A stretch of DNA of 64,000 bases from Bigelowiella natans CCMP2755. Its lineage: Eukaryota; Protista; Cercozoa. The notes beneath the pieces were generated by a model, which worked only from the letters and a program-made list of their open reading frames with translations, did no database searches and was not told the DNA's origin. The translations under genes and the position numbers were made by a program. The stretch spans positions 34,466 to 98,465 of the forward strand of contig ADNK01002970.1 in assembly GCA_000320545.1 (NCBI GenBank), in the 5' to 3' direction. Shown here one piece after another: positions 14,603 through 28,996 of this stretch; the first letter of the stretch is position 1, and every line of letters begins with the position of its first letter.

Positions 14603-15626
14603 AATGATGTGTGTTTGTATGTAAGTTGGTTGTTTTTGGTTAGGAAATAAAGGATACTGTATGGCATGATATTGGACAAATGGGGACATTGGAGAAAGAG
14701 GTCATCATCAATCATCACAATCGTCATCATCATCATCATCATTAAGTATTGTTGTTGTTGTTGTTGGCAAGATAAATTTTTACCATGGTAGTAGTGGTAG
14801 TAGTGGTAGTAGTATGTGCAAATCTACGACTCTCTATTTATGTTTTTATGAGTTCGCACGTAAGTGTTGTGTGTGTGTGTGTGTGTGTGTGTGCTTTGAA
14901 TTGCTGTAAGGTTTGCTTCGATAAGAAGCAATTTGAGAGCTTATTTCATCAACGGGTAAATTAGTTAGTCAGCAGCATACTAAAGCAGTTGTAATAGTAG
15001 TAGTAGCAGTAGTAGAGACTTTTCCTCCTCCTCCTCCTTCTCCTCCTCCTCCTCCTCCTGTATTTGTTGTTGTTTTTATTTCCTTACTGTTCCTTTGTTT
15101 TGGATGGCTGTTGTTGTTGTTGTTGTTGTTTTTCCAACTACTTCTCCACGGTGTAACATCATATCTTCTTCTTCACACTACTCCTGCAAACACATAGATC
15201 AAGTCTTCTCGGAAGGGAAAATCAAGTGCTAACCACCACCAACCCAACCCAACCACCATACTAATACTTATATCGATTATTATCGATGCCTATTATGCAT
15301 CCATGGATTAGATATGATGGCGTTTTGCTGATCTATGATGAATCCCTACCTTGACATATTGCACACACTCGTCGTTGTTGTATGATATTCCATAGAACGT
15401 TTGTTTACGATTTTGAGTAGTGTGATGATCGTTTGAATAACACAGCAATACTACCACTACTACACTATTAACAGAGAATGACGATGATGGTGCGGAAGGC
15501 ACAGCGGGCCAGAAAAGAAAGGGGGGGCAAAAGAACAAATTTCATAAGAAAGTTACTGTGGAGCTCATTGAATCTCGTAGATCTTACAATGTGGATATCA
15601 CGTTATCACGGTCAGTAGTCATCATT

Positions 15627-15658
<32 letters not shown>

Positions 15659-16565
15659 TATGAATCATCACAAGTGCTTTGTCTAGGAATTGATGATGCA
15701 TGTTTACAGCAGCAGCAATAAGTAATGCTCATATGATATATGAATAAGGTTCAAAATGAGCTATGGAGACATGGTGAAAGCAGTGCTTGAGTTGGACGAA
15801 AGCAAGATAGGGTTGGAGGTGCGGATCATCATTTATTATGTGGATATTGATGATATTGATGATGATGATGATGGTGATGGTGATAATATGGACTTGGGGG
15901 TGTAAAGCAGTTAGTTACGAATTATAATAATGTTCTTCTTAAATAGAGGTAGGGGAGCTACTGCTTATATCTACGATGATTCCTCTTTTCTCTTTTCTCT
16001 CTCCCTTATACACAAAACGAATGATGTATTAATTATTATCATTCATATTTCAATAGGGAGTGCTTAAGCTGATGTCTGTCTTTCCTTCAAAGGTGAGTAG
16101 TAATCTGTCAAATATGAAATATACCATCGAGAGGGGAGGGGGGAAAGGGGGAAAGGGGGAAAGGGGGAAAGGGGAGATTTATATCATTCATTCATCATAT
16201 GTGGGATACCTAATTAGAATTAATGGCTGCTGTGACGAATAGAAAGAAGAAGAAAAACACAAATAAACTTGATCTACTCACTACTACTCAATCATGATGC
16301 TCGCCTCCTTCTTCTTCTTGTTATTTTTCCAAATAACCGATTGATAGGAAGAAATGAAGACAGTGTCACAATATGCAGGAGATCCATCGATATTAGGTAG
16401 ATCATGCTCAATGTAGTATAAGCAGCACACATAATCATAACATAATAATAGGCGATTTTCACCACCAAATAAGAAGCTTCCAACCCTACCTTCCTCAATA
16501 CTATTGTTATTATACCAATTCTTTTATCTTAAACAATATTAATTTTTCTTCTTGCAGCTGCCATC

Positions 16566-16601
<36 letters not shown>

Positions 16602-17082
16602 GATTATCATGTTGATACTACTAGGCAAAGTGGAACAGTTTTTCCTTACAATGACCTCTATACCTGGGTCCTGCTACTTACTACTGATATGCATACGAAT
16701 TGAAGAACAAAATGATCAAGATAAAGAAGAAGAGAGGAAGAAGAAGAAGAAGAAGAAGAAGAATAACCTAGTTTTCAATACCGCAATAAGTGTCATCAAC
16801 CCCCTCTGCTGCATCATCAAAATAAAAGTAGTCCTGTGAAATCATCATTAAGTAACAGCATAATCAAACTTAGCGATGATGTTAGTACGGTGATTGTCAT
16901 CATCTGTATCTACCCCCGTGCATGCATAATTACCTAAACTTATTCTACTCCTACTATCATAGCCTACACCTGCGACTTCGCAACTTCCGATTCTTGCTGG
17001 AATTCTCCCAAACAGCTCCAAAAGTTGAAGAAATGCTTAAAGGGGTGTGTGTGTGTGTGTGTGTGTGTGGGTGTATGTGTGT

Positions 17083-17123
<41 letters not shown>

Positions 17124-17382
17124 TGTAACAATGTACCCATAGATAAACATGTGTAATGATATACCGTAATAACGATAATAGCAATAGGAGGAAGAGACAC
17201 ATGCTGGTTAATATGTAGTATGGTACAAAGAACCATCGTACGCACATGAATAGTACGGATATATTAATATGTGTGTGTGTGTGTGTGTGTGTAATATATG
17301 TTGGGTGCTGCATTTTGATCTAATTAGGTGATAGAATCGTGCAAGACCTTAACAACAGACGAAAACTTAATGGTACTGGTAC

Positions 17383-17416
<34 letters not shown>

Positions 17417-17922
17417 TACCCTGCTGAATCCTGAGAGGAATCATAACCAGGAGTTGTGCTTTATATTTATTTTGATTTTGCTAATTCTAATAAGTTGTTT
17501 TGGTATATATTGTTGTTATATCAGTTTTTGCTTCGGTTGATGCTTTATTGTGGTGTCTATTTGAATGCTGGTACAGCAAAGGTACTAGTACCAGCACAAC
17601 AACTAATGGTGGGGGAGAGGGAGGAGGAGGAGGAAGGGGAATATGAGAGTAGCAGTTGTAGTATTAGTGTGTGCAATAGTTGAGAGATATGTTTGTTGAT
17701 CATCGCTCTCTCTCAGGTGCTCATACACTCTCCCCTACACGTGCATACTTACACATACGCACCCTCTCTTATACACACACGCGTTGTCGTATTAGGGTTG
17801 GACCTTTGGTTTCAGACTCACAAGTCTTAACAAGTTTAAATCCCTCAAGTAATAGAATAAATGATAGCAATAAGAAGAAGAAGAAGAATATTAGCGATTA
17901 TTAGTAATAGTAGTTTCTTTCC

Positions 17923-17968
<46 letters not shown>

Positions 17969-18477
17969 TTTCTCTCTATAATATTAGTAATGATGATGAT
18001 GATGAGCCTAGATTCGAGGGAAATGGATATGAGATATATAGAAACATACATAAGGGGGAGGAGACACAACGGAAGAAGAGAATACTTCCTTCGACTTTTG
18101 CTACTACATCACGATGATATTCAACTGGTTTTCCTTCATGTAGTTTGATCCTATATACGATGATGCTGCATCATCATGCTTCATCACCATCTATCCACCT
18201 AGCTTCTTACAGCAGTTCTTGGTCTTGTTCTTCTTCCATCCTCAATGCGTATTATCATCATTTGGCAGATCAACAGATCGCAAGACTACTTTATTGCACT
18301 ACATAGTTAAGAGAGTCAATAAAAGCCACTACTACCGACTACAAAGAAAAGCAGGAGGAGGAGGACAAGGAAGAGAATTTTCATCTAAAAACAGAGGGGA
18401 GGAAGTAAAGACAAACGAATCCAAAATCAGCAGATTGGGGTAGTAGTACTACGTATATGATGAAACAATCGTATCTG

Positions 18478-18513
<36 letters not shown>

Positions 18514-19604
18514 AATATCATCACTTTCCCCCCCACCATATGTGTTTACTTATTCCAAATGGTCCACAGGTCATCATCGTCGTCATCATTTGTGGAGAAT
18601 GTCCGCAATGCGGTGAGACGGTCCAGTAGGGTGGAGATGGCCTATGTAGAGTCAGAAATCAAACAGATTTCACAGAGCATTTCGCTTCTCAAAGTAATGT
18701 TTTACGATGATCAAGAAAAAAATAAAAAGACGAAGGATATTCGTGTTGTAAGTATCAATAACTAGGAAACAAGTGCACTCATACGATAGCAAATATCTTT
18801 TTTTTTGTTCCTTTTCCTTTTTATTTGAGCGAGTGAGGGATTGGTGCATTATGCTGACTATGATAACGATAATGATAATGAGGATGATAATGCAAACGAT
18901 GGATACAGCAGCAGTATATTATGACAAATATCGATTTACACTGCTGTTACGAAGAAATGTTATCCATGATAATGATTGTTGTTGTTTTTGTTGTCGCAGA
19001 TTTCCATCAATGAGGCAGCAAAATCAGGAAACCCGTACCCAGAGAAGGTAGGTTTCTCCTTTGTTTGTGTTTACTTATCATCATGGGTTACTAGCAGTCT
19101 TAGTAGTAGGATTGCTTTTTCCTTTGGTGTATGGATGATGACGTATTCTCTTTCCATCTTACTCTCCATCCTTGTTGTTATTATTACTTTAGGTCACCGA
19201 ATTCTGCACCTATGCTGAGGAGCGATATAGAGCGCTCAGCAAAGAGTAAGAGATGCCTTCATGTCATCAAATAATACAATATAATGCTCCTAACTTAATT
19301 ATTCTTGTTTATTTCTTGTTGTAAATTCTGTTGCTTACTCATATATCCGTGCACCCACTTATCAATCTCCTCCTCCTCCTTCATCTTCTCCAACAGCCTT
19401 TATACTGCACACCGAGAGTTTGCTGAAACTTGCCGTTATTTTGGAGAGAAGGTTTCTTTTGCAGTTTTAGGCAATTGTAGCTTTCATTATCTATACTACT
19501 TTATTGGTGTAGTAGCAGTAGCATCAGCACGTCGTATACCATAATAGCTCTTAAATTATATATAAGTTTATCAGACGATAGTAAGATGCAATGATACCTC
19601 GCAT

Positions 19605-19635
<31 letters not shown>

Positions 19636-19781
19636 TAGTAGGTTGATGATGACATCATGATAACTTACAGCATGCTAATCTACTTCGATAGGAAGCAACG
19701 TGGGAGGAGTTCTTTGCTACGTGGGATTTGTTTTTCGCAGAGTACCAAAGAGCTGAGTATGACGTCAAGAGGTAGTGCGTA

Positions 19782-19817
<36 letters not shown>

Positions 19818-19861
19818 GCTTGTACAGTAGTAGGACCGTGATACTATCTTGTCTGCTCACA

Positions 19862-19896
<35 letters not shown>

Positions 19897-20190
19897 AATC
19901 AAGGAATGTTTGCACGAGTTGTGATGAAGATGAAGAAGAGTATTCAATTTGAAATGATGTCGTCTATTCATTATAAACTAACGAAAGAAGAGGAATGAGA
20001 TAGGGGATACTCACGTGCTGATGGATGTCAATTGCTCTGATTCTTTGTTTTGTGTGGTGTGTTGCTTGCCTTCCTCCTCTCTCTCAGGAATATACAAAAC
20101 GCACTGCGACTTAGGCGAAAGCAAGAATACGAAGTGCAAAGAAAACGTGCCAAGAGAGATCGAGAACGACGTCAACAGCAATCCCGGTAA
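5676..20190 (+). CDS. Multi-exon formin: N-terminal helical BAR-like region, PDZ, FH1, FH2
   Basis: Spliced reading begins MSWLGSMFGR (ATG 5676). PDZ-like exons ~10120-10666 (TRPFGLTVNRRGEVTRV...GIVKGDK|VIALND). Poly-Pro FH1 ~13680-13845. FH2 motifs KMRRFHWD, IESRRSYNVDITLSR|FKMS, GKVEQFF, CGVYLNAGT, GFRLTSLNK, RSTDRKTTLLHYIV, WEEFFATWDLFF. Stop TAA 20188-20190. Some internal exon boundaries are uncertain. Confidence 0.88.
12351..12615 (+). repeat. 53-bp minisatellite x5 spanning an exon/intron junction of the formin gene
   Basis: Unit CTACACAGCTTGAACAAGTACATAGACACTCAGTAGTACTAGATATGCTGACA starts at 12351, 12404, 12457, 12510 and 12563. Confidence 0.95.
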
Positions 20191-20496
20191 ACGATGAGTG
20201 TTGTTGGAACTATAGCCATCATCCGTCCATCATTCATTCCATTCTACGAATGATAACTCGATAAACTTCCATGTCTGTGTAGTTTATTTTCGACTACATT
20301 CAACAATATACTACTCCTCGTGATCTGAGAAACTTGTCAAGTCTTAAACTACTAGTATCAATCAATGTGGATACTTTCTATCTCTACTTTCCCTGCAGCC
20401 TTCTATCTTCTTTTCCTCCTATGACAGCGACGTATTACTACTCATTAGGAAACTACGTGACTCACGGTCACCAAGAATAAGCGAAATGGTATCAAT

Positions 20497-20527
<31 letters not shown>

Positions 20528-21617
20528 CTACGTGTTAGTACGCATGCTGCATAAGAATTTGATACAGGAAACACACATACATACATACAAGGATTCAAAT
20601 GCTATTATCTTGGTAAACAACTCGTTGTTCAACATATTACAGGTTGGAAGCGATATGTTGGCCTCTGAGCTAATGAATGAGGCTTTCGATAAACTCTAAA
20701 TAGCAGCTCTGCCTTTTCTCATTCAAGAAGTAGCAGTATAGCTTACATGTCCTGAACTAGATGGCTTGATTAGAATGTATGCAGCAACGACAAATTTAGA
20801 ACGTAACAAATTAGTCAATGCAAGATGTACCTATCGTTGTCGCTTATGTTGGAATGCATGCATGTACACGCGTACGGTGTAACACAGTATTTGATGATGT
20901 TATTCCAAATGCGCGCTTTTCTGCTAGCTTCTGGAGCTTTGTTTGGACATGCGTTTCGCATGTGATTACTTGTTGTAGAGCTACTAGCTACGTTTAGTAC
21001 AAGCACTTCCATTTTATTCTAGGGACTGCTACCCACTATAGCCCAATCTAGCCAAGCAAGATAAATGCTTCGTACTAGATAATCTAGCGCACATTATCAA
21101 CACACCTCCGTTACATATGTGACCCATCTAAGCCATCTTGCTTGCCTTATGAATGAGCACCGTCATGGCAGTAGCTATGATTTCAACGACAATATCTCTA
21201 CATCAATAAGCATACGACTGTGTATTGTGCACACATTTTTGTTAATGCATGCGACAGTGTGTCATCTAATTGTGCACATTCTGTTCATGAATCCAAGCTT
21301 TGCCATGTCTAACTAGACGTATCTAGCTATAGCTAGTGTCAACGCCGCTACTGCATCTTTTTAGATTCGAGCGCATCAGTTAGTCAGCCGAATGGTGGGT
21401 CCTTTGTTGATCGACTTGCAGAATTTTACACTGAGCTAGTAAGACTACAAAGAGCAAATTGTCCATTTGTTGAGCGGTCATTTCCTTACGCAAGATAAGG
21501 TTGCATTGCCGTACTCAATATCTAGATTTATTGGTGCACGTTGCATGTGTTTGTGATTCCTAATTGCTTGCTATCACCGAATCTGGATACCCGTGATTAT
21601 TGCACTGCATGCTGCAT

Positions 21618-24277
21618 CTACAATTTCGAATAGCCACTGTGTGCTTCAGAGCTTTGACTTGCTCCGACGTCCAACGAAGGATCATGCCTCCTGACGGTAA
21701 AGGATGAACCGTGCCGCAGCAGTGAAGCTCTAGATGGAGCATACCGATACCGCCTATAGAATAAGTAGTAACAGATTCCTAGCACAGCTATTCCGCCTAC
21801 ACCTACACCAATACTCAGCCCAACTAAGAAGGTAACATCATGGCTTTGCTCATCGTGGTCAACAGATCTATGGCTCGTCGTCGGCGAACCTATTGGGCTA
21901 GGTGAGGGCACTGGTGTAGAAGCAGCGGAGGGCTGCGCTGTAGGCGTGGAATCACATGTTCCAACAAGATGTGGAACGTAAGCCTCGCAGTCAGGCATCA
22001 CCATTATGGATGCAGAAACCTCATCAACGTTGTGAAGACGTATTCGAGACTGCTGTGGAAAAGGTCCAGAGAATGCACAGCCAGCGCCATCAAAGATGAT
22101 CGACTGCAACGGTTGCGTCATCCATGGGATTGGCAGTGGAAGGTTGATACCCCCCGCAACAGTGAGGTTGGGACTGCCAGATGGTACGAACTTACTAAGG
22201 GGAAGGTCATTTCTGGTTTGAGAGGTTACAGAATTGCAAGCGAAAACACAAGATATGAAGGAAGCCGTGATGATGCCAGCGCGAACATCAGACCCTCCTC
22301 CAATGCCCTCAAACGCTGCGTACGCGGCGCCGAACGCAACAGAAGACCTGCTGCTTGCATTTTTGGCTGCGACGATATTTTTGGCAAACACAGTCTCTGC
22401 TGCGGTAATATTGAGGGTTGATGAGCACCCAACGTTCGTTACGGAGATGGCACCGCCCATTATCGGTTCTATAGATGAGGCACATAAGCTTGAGTTCGGA
22501 AGTAGAGGTACACATGGGCGGTCCCAACCCACTGGAGGGGGCCACGAAAGAACATGATTGCGGTGCAATGCTGAAGTCTTGACCGTGAGGCTGGTGTTGA
22601 AACAGCCGATTGTGTCGTCCGTTCCATTTGGACCGTTTACCACCGCAACGAAGCCCCCGGAAGCGGTGCATGCCATACCGTTGCAGGCCGCAACGTTTCC
22701 CGTGGCCGTCGTGTTGGTGAAGTGTGCAGAGAGAATGGGGTCCAGCGCAACCGCCCCCCCGGTGCTTCCACACGCCGTACCGGTGCAGGTGGCAATATTC
22801 GAGATGAATGAGATGCTGTCAACATTTAGAGTCGCTGATCCCGCCAATGGGTCACCGCCAATAGATGGTGCTGCGCCCTGCAGAAAAAGAGCGCCTCCTT
22901 CGGTTAGACCAGTGTATTGAGAAGAGGGATTTCCCACACAGTTAACAACATTGTCCTCGAAGCGGGTGCCATCGGTTATGGATACGTGTACACCTCCCAG
23001 GACAGCGATAGCACCACCATTGGCGGTGGCAGAAGTAGATACGCAATTAAATGTCGCTGCTGTATTTCCGAAAAAGGAGCTAGAGGTTACGAATAGGGAT
23101 AGCGAGACACCGGACGCACGTACACGACTAACACCGTCAACTATCGTCGTGTCAATATTTATTGCACCGCCCCCTGCCACGCTGATAAAAAAAGGGGGAG
23201 ATTCGCTAGTAAGATTAAAGCTAGGGACTAGCAAGTGACAACTTCAGAAGAGGATGATAGAAGTGCTTTTGCAATGCAACAAGGGGATCAGACGAGGAAG
23301 ACATTTTAAAGAAAAATATGTTAGATAAGAAATATTTTTTAAAGTAGTGCAGAAAGAGAGGCAAGGAAGAGAAAGGTGCCAATGGAGCGGCTGAGGGCGG
23401 CACAGTTGACAGTTTACTGTGCTGCCTTCTGCCGCTACATTCACACCACAGTAAAGCTACACCTGATGAGGTCGTTGCTGGTTATTGCACCAACGCTGAT
23501 GTTCCTTGGAGCAATGTTAAGAAGTCGATTTTCCATAAATTGCGAAGCTACGACTCGGACTTGGACAGAAAACGATCCCGTGGCTGATATAGATAGCGCC
23601 GCACCACCGATACCGACTCCTCGATCACTACTGCTAGCATTCACATTTACGAAGTTATCGATAAATTGAGTGCCTACCACCTGGATAAGACTCGGACTCT
23701 TGCTTTCCCCAGATAACCTTATGTTGATTGCGCCGCCCTGGCCCGCCCCGTAGATACCGTTTTGGGAGAATTCACAGCCGGTAAAGATGAAACTGAACGG
23801 CGGATGGGCTGCCAGGATAGAAATTGCTCCTCCAAAAATGTATGAAGACGGTGCTGCCGCGCGGGCCAAGCCATTCCGCATTGCACAGCCAATGAATGTC
23901 GCTCGCGATCCGGTAATGGAGATCAGACCATACACCCTCCCCCCTCCTGGATCACTGTTTGCGCTCCTGATGACCGTCAGGTTGGATATGACAGTGCCGT
24001 TCGCAACCAAGTCCAGTGCAATGCCAGGGCATTCGATGATTGTAACCTCATTACCACGACCGTGGATTGTCACGTTCTCGGCAGCGACGGTGATACCACA
24101 GTCGCTACCAGTGAAGGTTCCTGCACCGAGCTCGAGAGTTGCCCCAGCTGTAGCCCCCTGGATGGCTGCAGCAAGACCCCCTGGAGAGACATGTAGCGGA
24201 GCGGCACCGTAGGCCATGAGGAAACACGTTGGGATGAAGGCCATGAGCGTGGCTGCAGAAGCTGATTTCCGTACCAT
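21618..24277 (-). CDS. Type I membrane protein with PMP/pectin-lyase-like right-handed beta-helix repeats (~812 aa, 2 exons)
   Basis: ORFs 23441..24277 and 21618..23234 join through a phase-2 GT-AG intron 23462-23242. N-terminal hydrophobic signal, repeated GGA(I/L/V) and FxxN motifs, Pro/Ser/Thr stalk, one TM helix (FLVGLSIGVGVGGIAVLGICYYLFY) followed by RRYR. Confidence 0.8.
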
Positions 24278-25671
24278 TTGGCAGGAACGATTTTTTGGGA
24301 GATGTATTCGAGTGCAAATGTCTCCTCAGGAGGTAGAATCAGCCTCAAAGCCACCTGGCCTATGAAGTAAGGTTCTGATTCAGACTAGAGGATTGACGAA
24401 GCCCCCTTCTCTTTCAAAACATGCAGCAGATCTGGTGGTCAACCCCCCTAATAGATCTACTACATGTAAAGCATTCTAATCGGAAACTGGACATGAAGGA
24501 ATGTCATGCCGTTGGAAACCGAAAGATTGGATGAATGATGTGAATAACCGCCGCTGTTTTTGGAAAGCGACATGATTATTGTTGTCCAACTCTCCTACTA
24601 GTAGTACTGCGATGCTCGTCACGGTAGAGTGCTCACATACTTGTTTATGAACTCCACCTGAAGGCCATTTCTACGTAGCGACATGCCAAATGAGGTGGAT
24701 CACCAAGTGAAAGGACTGTGATTTCGAGCTCATTATCGGTGCTCGTTGTGGTGTGCCTCGATCGACCGAGTGAAAAGGAAGTGAAATAAATTGGGCATGG
24801 GGAAGGCGTTGTTGTGTTGTAAGAAGGATGGAGGTGCTGTGGAGACCGCTGGTGTAAATCCAAGAACGTGCGTCCCCGTTCCTCATGAAACCTCTTTAGT
24901 TGTGCCGGTTTCAGGAAGAAAAAGGTCACCTCTTTAGCTTTCACATTGTATTCGATTCACAAGAATTTTGATTCAGGACTGAAGACACACTCCAAAGTTT
25001 AACATCACCCATGTCCGAAGAAAGCTTTCGGCTTCATTGTGAAAATTCGGAATTTGCAGCATCCCAACAAAAAATATATATATTTTGAAGAGACAGCGTG
25101 AGAACGCAAGTGGGTTCATGTTTTCACGGACAGCAGCATTTCAGCAATTCGCTGCGACCACTAGACCACGCACTGGAGATTAACATCTTCCATCGAACAT
25201 GGTATCATGCGTGGAAATCATCTTTCAAGAGCAAAGAAGACGACAAAATGAAGGGAATGATGATTAAGTTGCGCCAAAAAAATATATATATGCGTACGTT
25301 ATGAATCGCGTTAAGCTAGTAAGCGTGCTAGTGTGACTGATATAGCGATGTGTGCGTGCTAGCGTGCGTGGCACATGTCTAGACATGTACATGCATTCAG
25401 CATGCGCTGCGAAGTATTTATAAGTACTGCATGTACACGGCACGTGTATAACATGACCTGAATGCTGCAATGTGTTAAGTCATGATGATAGACATGCAAC
25501 ATATTATCATGCACGTGTGTGTGCTGTGTCGCGTTCGGTTCTATAGTTCTGTGATGCATGTGTGACACATGCTAGCATGTCTAGATGTGACACAGTTTTT
25601 CTTGTTTTTTTCGTAGCATGCTCGCATAGGTAGAGTCGTGGAGAGGATCGAAACCCAAAGGTATTACTAGA

Positions 25672-25919
25672 TTAACTCTCTGAATGGTCATCAGACGACG
25701 CTAGGACGACATGGTACAATTTAAAGAGCAACATCGAGATCTTTCATTATCATTTACCACAGCACTACAATATGATTCCAAGTTACATCCAAAATGTACT
25801 TCAATGCTATAGTCTTACTAACAGTTACCAGCTTCTCTTCAAAATGACTCTTTCTTGTTACCATTTCGCTCATATTCCTATGACAGAAAGAGGATATTTG
25901 GTCAAGATAAGGACAAACG

Positions 25920-25972
<53 letters not shown>

Positions 25973-26339
25973 CTCGAAAATAGGCAAATTTGACTGGATG
26001 TCGGTGACATAGTGTAGTAGAGAATCACCTTAATCCCTTCATTTGTGATCTCAAAACCTGGTCTCCAAGATTGTCCCCTGTATTGGATATTTCCATCATT
26101 TAAACCATAACTCCATCAATACGTAGTGGTAATAATTTAAATATGTAATAAAGTGATTTGCAGTGTTAAAATTTTTCGAAGTTCTATCAGCAGCTGCAAC
26201 AAGCTCAGAAGCAGCACAACACAACATGCTTCATTTTGCGGTCACACTTATTGGATGTCCACATTTTCCAGAATTCGCGATCGCTAAGATTCTGATGGTG
26301 ATAGCATCAACATTGACAAAATTAAGAACGATGATGGTA

Positions 26340-26374
<35 letters not shown>

Positions 26375-26877
26375 TGTGATAGGAATGATATGAAGAAACG
26401 AAGGAAAAGGGTATATGAATGGATGCAAGTAACTGTGCAGAGTATCTCGTTCCAATGCTCTTCAAATTCTTGTTCGAATTTGTCATTTTTTGGTCGCAAA
26501 TATGATTCTATCCGCTGAGTAGATATGCACAGAATCAATGGTAATGATAATAGGGATAGAAGTGAAGTGCATGGAGATTATATGATTGCGTTGTGGAAAT
26601 GGAGATTATTCGGTAAAACTATGCAAAATAACGGTCTTCGTGAATCAAATACAAGGCTCTCTGGTGAGGTAGACGTAATCTCTTAGTATTGATTTTATTA
26701 CAGCTATCTTCATCTGTTTCCAATCTCTGTCCATCTGTAGCAATATTGATTTTGGGTAAGTTATCTCTGTCCATCTATAGCAATATTATCAAGATTTTAG
26801 CTAAGTTATTGATATGCTGATGACAACAAATCCCTCGATAGAGATTCACATTGATAGATAGTAATAACGCTGTGGTA

Positions 26878-26917
<40 letters not shown>

Positions 26918-27279
26918 TCTGTTATGCTTACTAGTACTGCTACTACTACTTCACCCGAGCTTTGGCTTGTTTCTCCGTCTCTGATATTAGCGGCCCATTG
27001 TGCTTTGACTTTCTCTTCGCAAAATGGTTGCTACCACCGCTGTCAGATCGCCTTTATCATATTTCGAAATGACTGTTTTTCAATATATGTGAAAACTGCT
27101 GCTTTTTTTGTAAAGATAGAACGAGCAGCAACAAATTGATTGTGGTGGATGGATAAACGGCAAGCGAGATAAAAAAACATACGGATACATTATAATAATA
27201 GGTATTATTATCAGATTAGGTATTACGTTATAATAATAGGCATTATTAGATTAGGGGTCGTGATATTCGTCATTGTGGT

Positions 27280-27311
<32 letters not shown>

Positions 27312-27378
27312 ACTGAATTGAGGGCTCCATCATATTGAGTTGCTTTTCCATGTTTCTGATAGATTTCTACACACATAA

Positions 27379-27428
<50 letters not shown>

Positions 27429-27686
27429 GGTGGGGAGTGGGAGATAATGATTATGTTTGTCCTATGTTGTTGTGACATATAGCAATGCTCATCCTCGTCG
27501 TCATCATCATCATCATCATCATCATCATCACCTCTTTGAAGTAGCCACAAGTCTTCCATCTCTTGACTAGAGTTTTTAGTACGCTTACATTATCTCCAGA
27601 TCTAAAAGGCAATGATGAATAATACACTATCAAGTGCTCGGCCATAGATTGTCGTGCATGCAATGAGATTATTCTTCTTCGCGCTT

Positions 27687-27725
<39 letters not shown>

Positions 27726-28419
27726 AATAAAAACAATTGAATATAGATTCCTTTTCATCCCATTTATGAAAACATATTGGTGCTCCGTGACGGTGTTTAC
27801 CGGAGAATAAACTTATGGGCACTCCTGACCAGTAGTGTTCTATACCTAACGGAGACGGCACAGAAGTTAGGATGAAAGGTCATAGGATTGGGAAAAAGCT
27901 AGGGGGAGATGGTGCATGATCCGTGCGTTGCGTGTTGTTCACGAAAGTCACATGAATGAATACTACCGGGTTTCTCCGTCTAATAAATTATCAACGACAC
28001 AAATTAGGTTCCTTTTGTGCAAACTTGTGGCTTTCTAGGAAATAGATTATAAAGGGGAAAGATTAGGAAGTAGATCATGAAGAAAATAGATTATCCGATG
28101 GGAATAAATCCATGTTGTTATTGGAAAGACGGTAAGACTCACATCCATCCTATTCAATATGGTGTCCAGAATTGGTTTGGCAAAATCCTCAGCGTGAGCG
28201 AGAGCATGCTCGACAACTTTTTTGATGGAAGACTGATCAGCGGAAGAGAGGTTGCTGAGAAGCCCCTGAAACACGCTGATGACAAAAAGTAAATAAATGT
28301 TACGCAAGTGCGTAGCTTTTCCATTTCTCTTGCACATGAACTATTATGCATCCAAATTGCTAGGGCAACAAATACCTCATGGGGTCATAAGCGATGGTGT
28401 TGCTACTCTTGCTCTCCAT
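25672..28419 (-). CDS. Multi-exon CID (Pol II CTD-interacting domain)-like protein
   Basis: Spliced N-terminus MESKSSNTIAYDPMS|VFQGLLSNLSSADQSSIKKVVEHALAHAEDFAKPILDTILNRMD|KATSLHKRNLICVVDNLL...LKTLVKRWKTCGYF matches the CID helical pattern. The 3' exons and the stop are tentative. Confidence 0.55.
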
Positions 28420-28996
28420 TCTCTTTCGTTGACCAATCCTTGTCTGGCTGGCAAGGACTCTTCCTTTCTCGACCCTACTTCCTTCGAAAAATTTCACGTC
28501 TTCGTGATGGATGAGGAAAAATAAGGGCAGTGGAGGGGTGGGACTGATGAATTACGGAGAGGAATATGAAAGACACCCCATCGTAATAAAGCGGGTAGTG
28601 AGCGTAGCTTCCTTGTTGGATTCGATGAGAAATAACCACAATTTTAGGCAATTATATGTCGGAATAATATCTATATTCTATCATTATAATATCGGCATGT
28701 ATTTATTGGATGAATATCTCGCATGATGAAAGCACACTTGAAATACATCAACAACAACATTATTAACAACAATATGAACAACAACTGGTGAAGCATCATG
28801 TCGTTTCAGCATCTAGCAAGAACCGTACAAATACAGGCCATTTTCACGTAAGTCTGCACTACTTAGTTGTCGCAGTCGTCAAGATCTCGACTTGTGAAAC
28901 GACGAACCGTCCAGTCTACAGTACGCTAGAACAGCTCCAAGTAACCCCCCCTCCCGTTCGACACATCTTTGTTACAGCACACTATAGACGAAAATA

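Noticed and set aside
6500-20000. Many short poly-I/H/S/V ORFs
   Set aside because: Translations of intronic microsatellites ((CAT)n, (TAG)n, (GT)n, (TA)n).
21969-24354. Several antisense or alternate-frame ORFs over the beta-helix gene
   Set aside because: Shadow ORFs of a GC-rich coding sequence.
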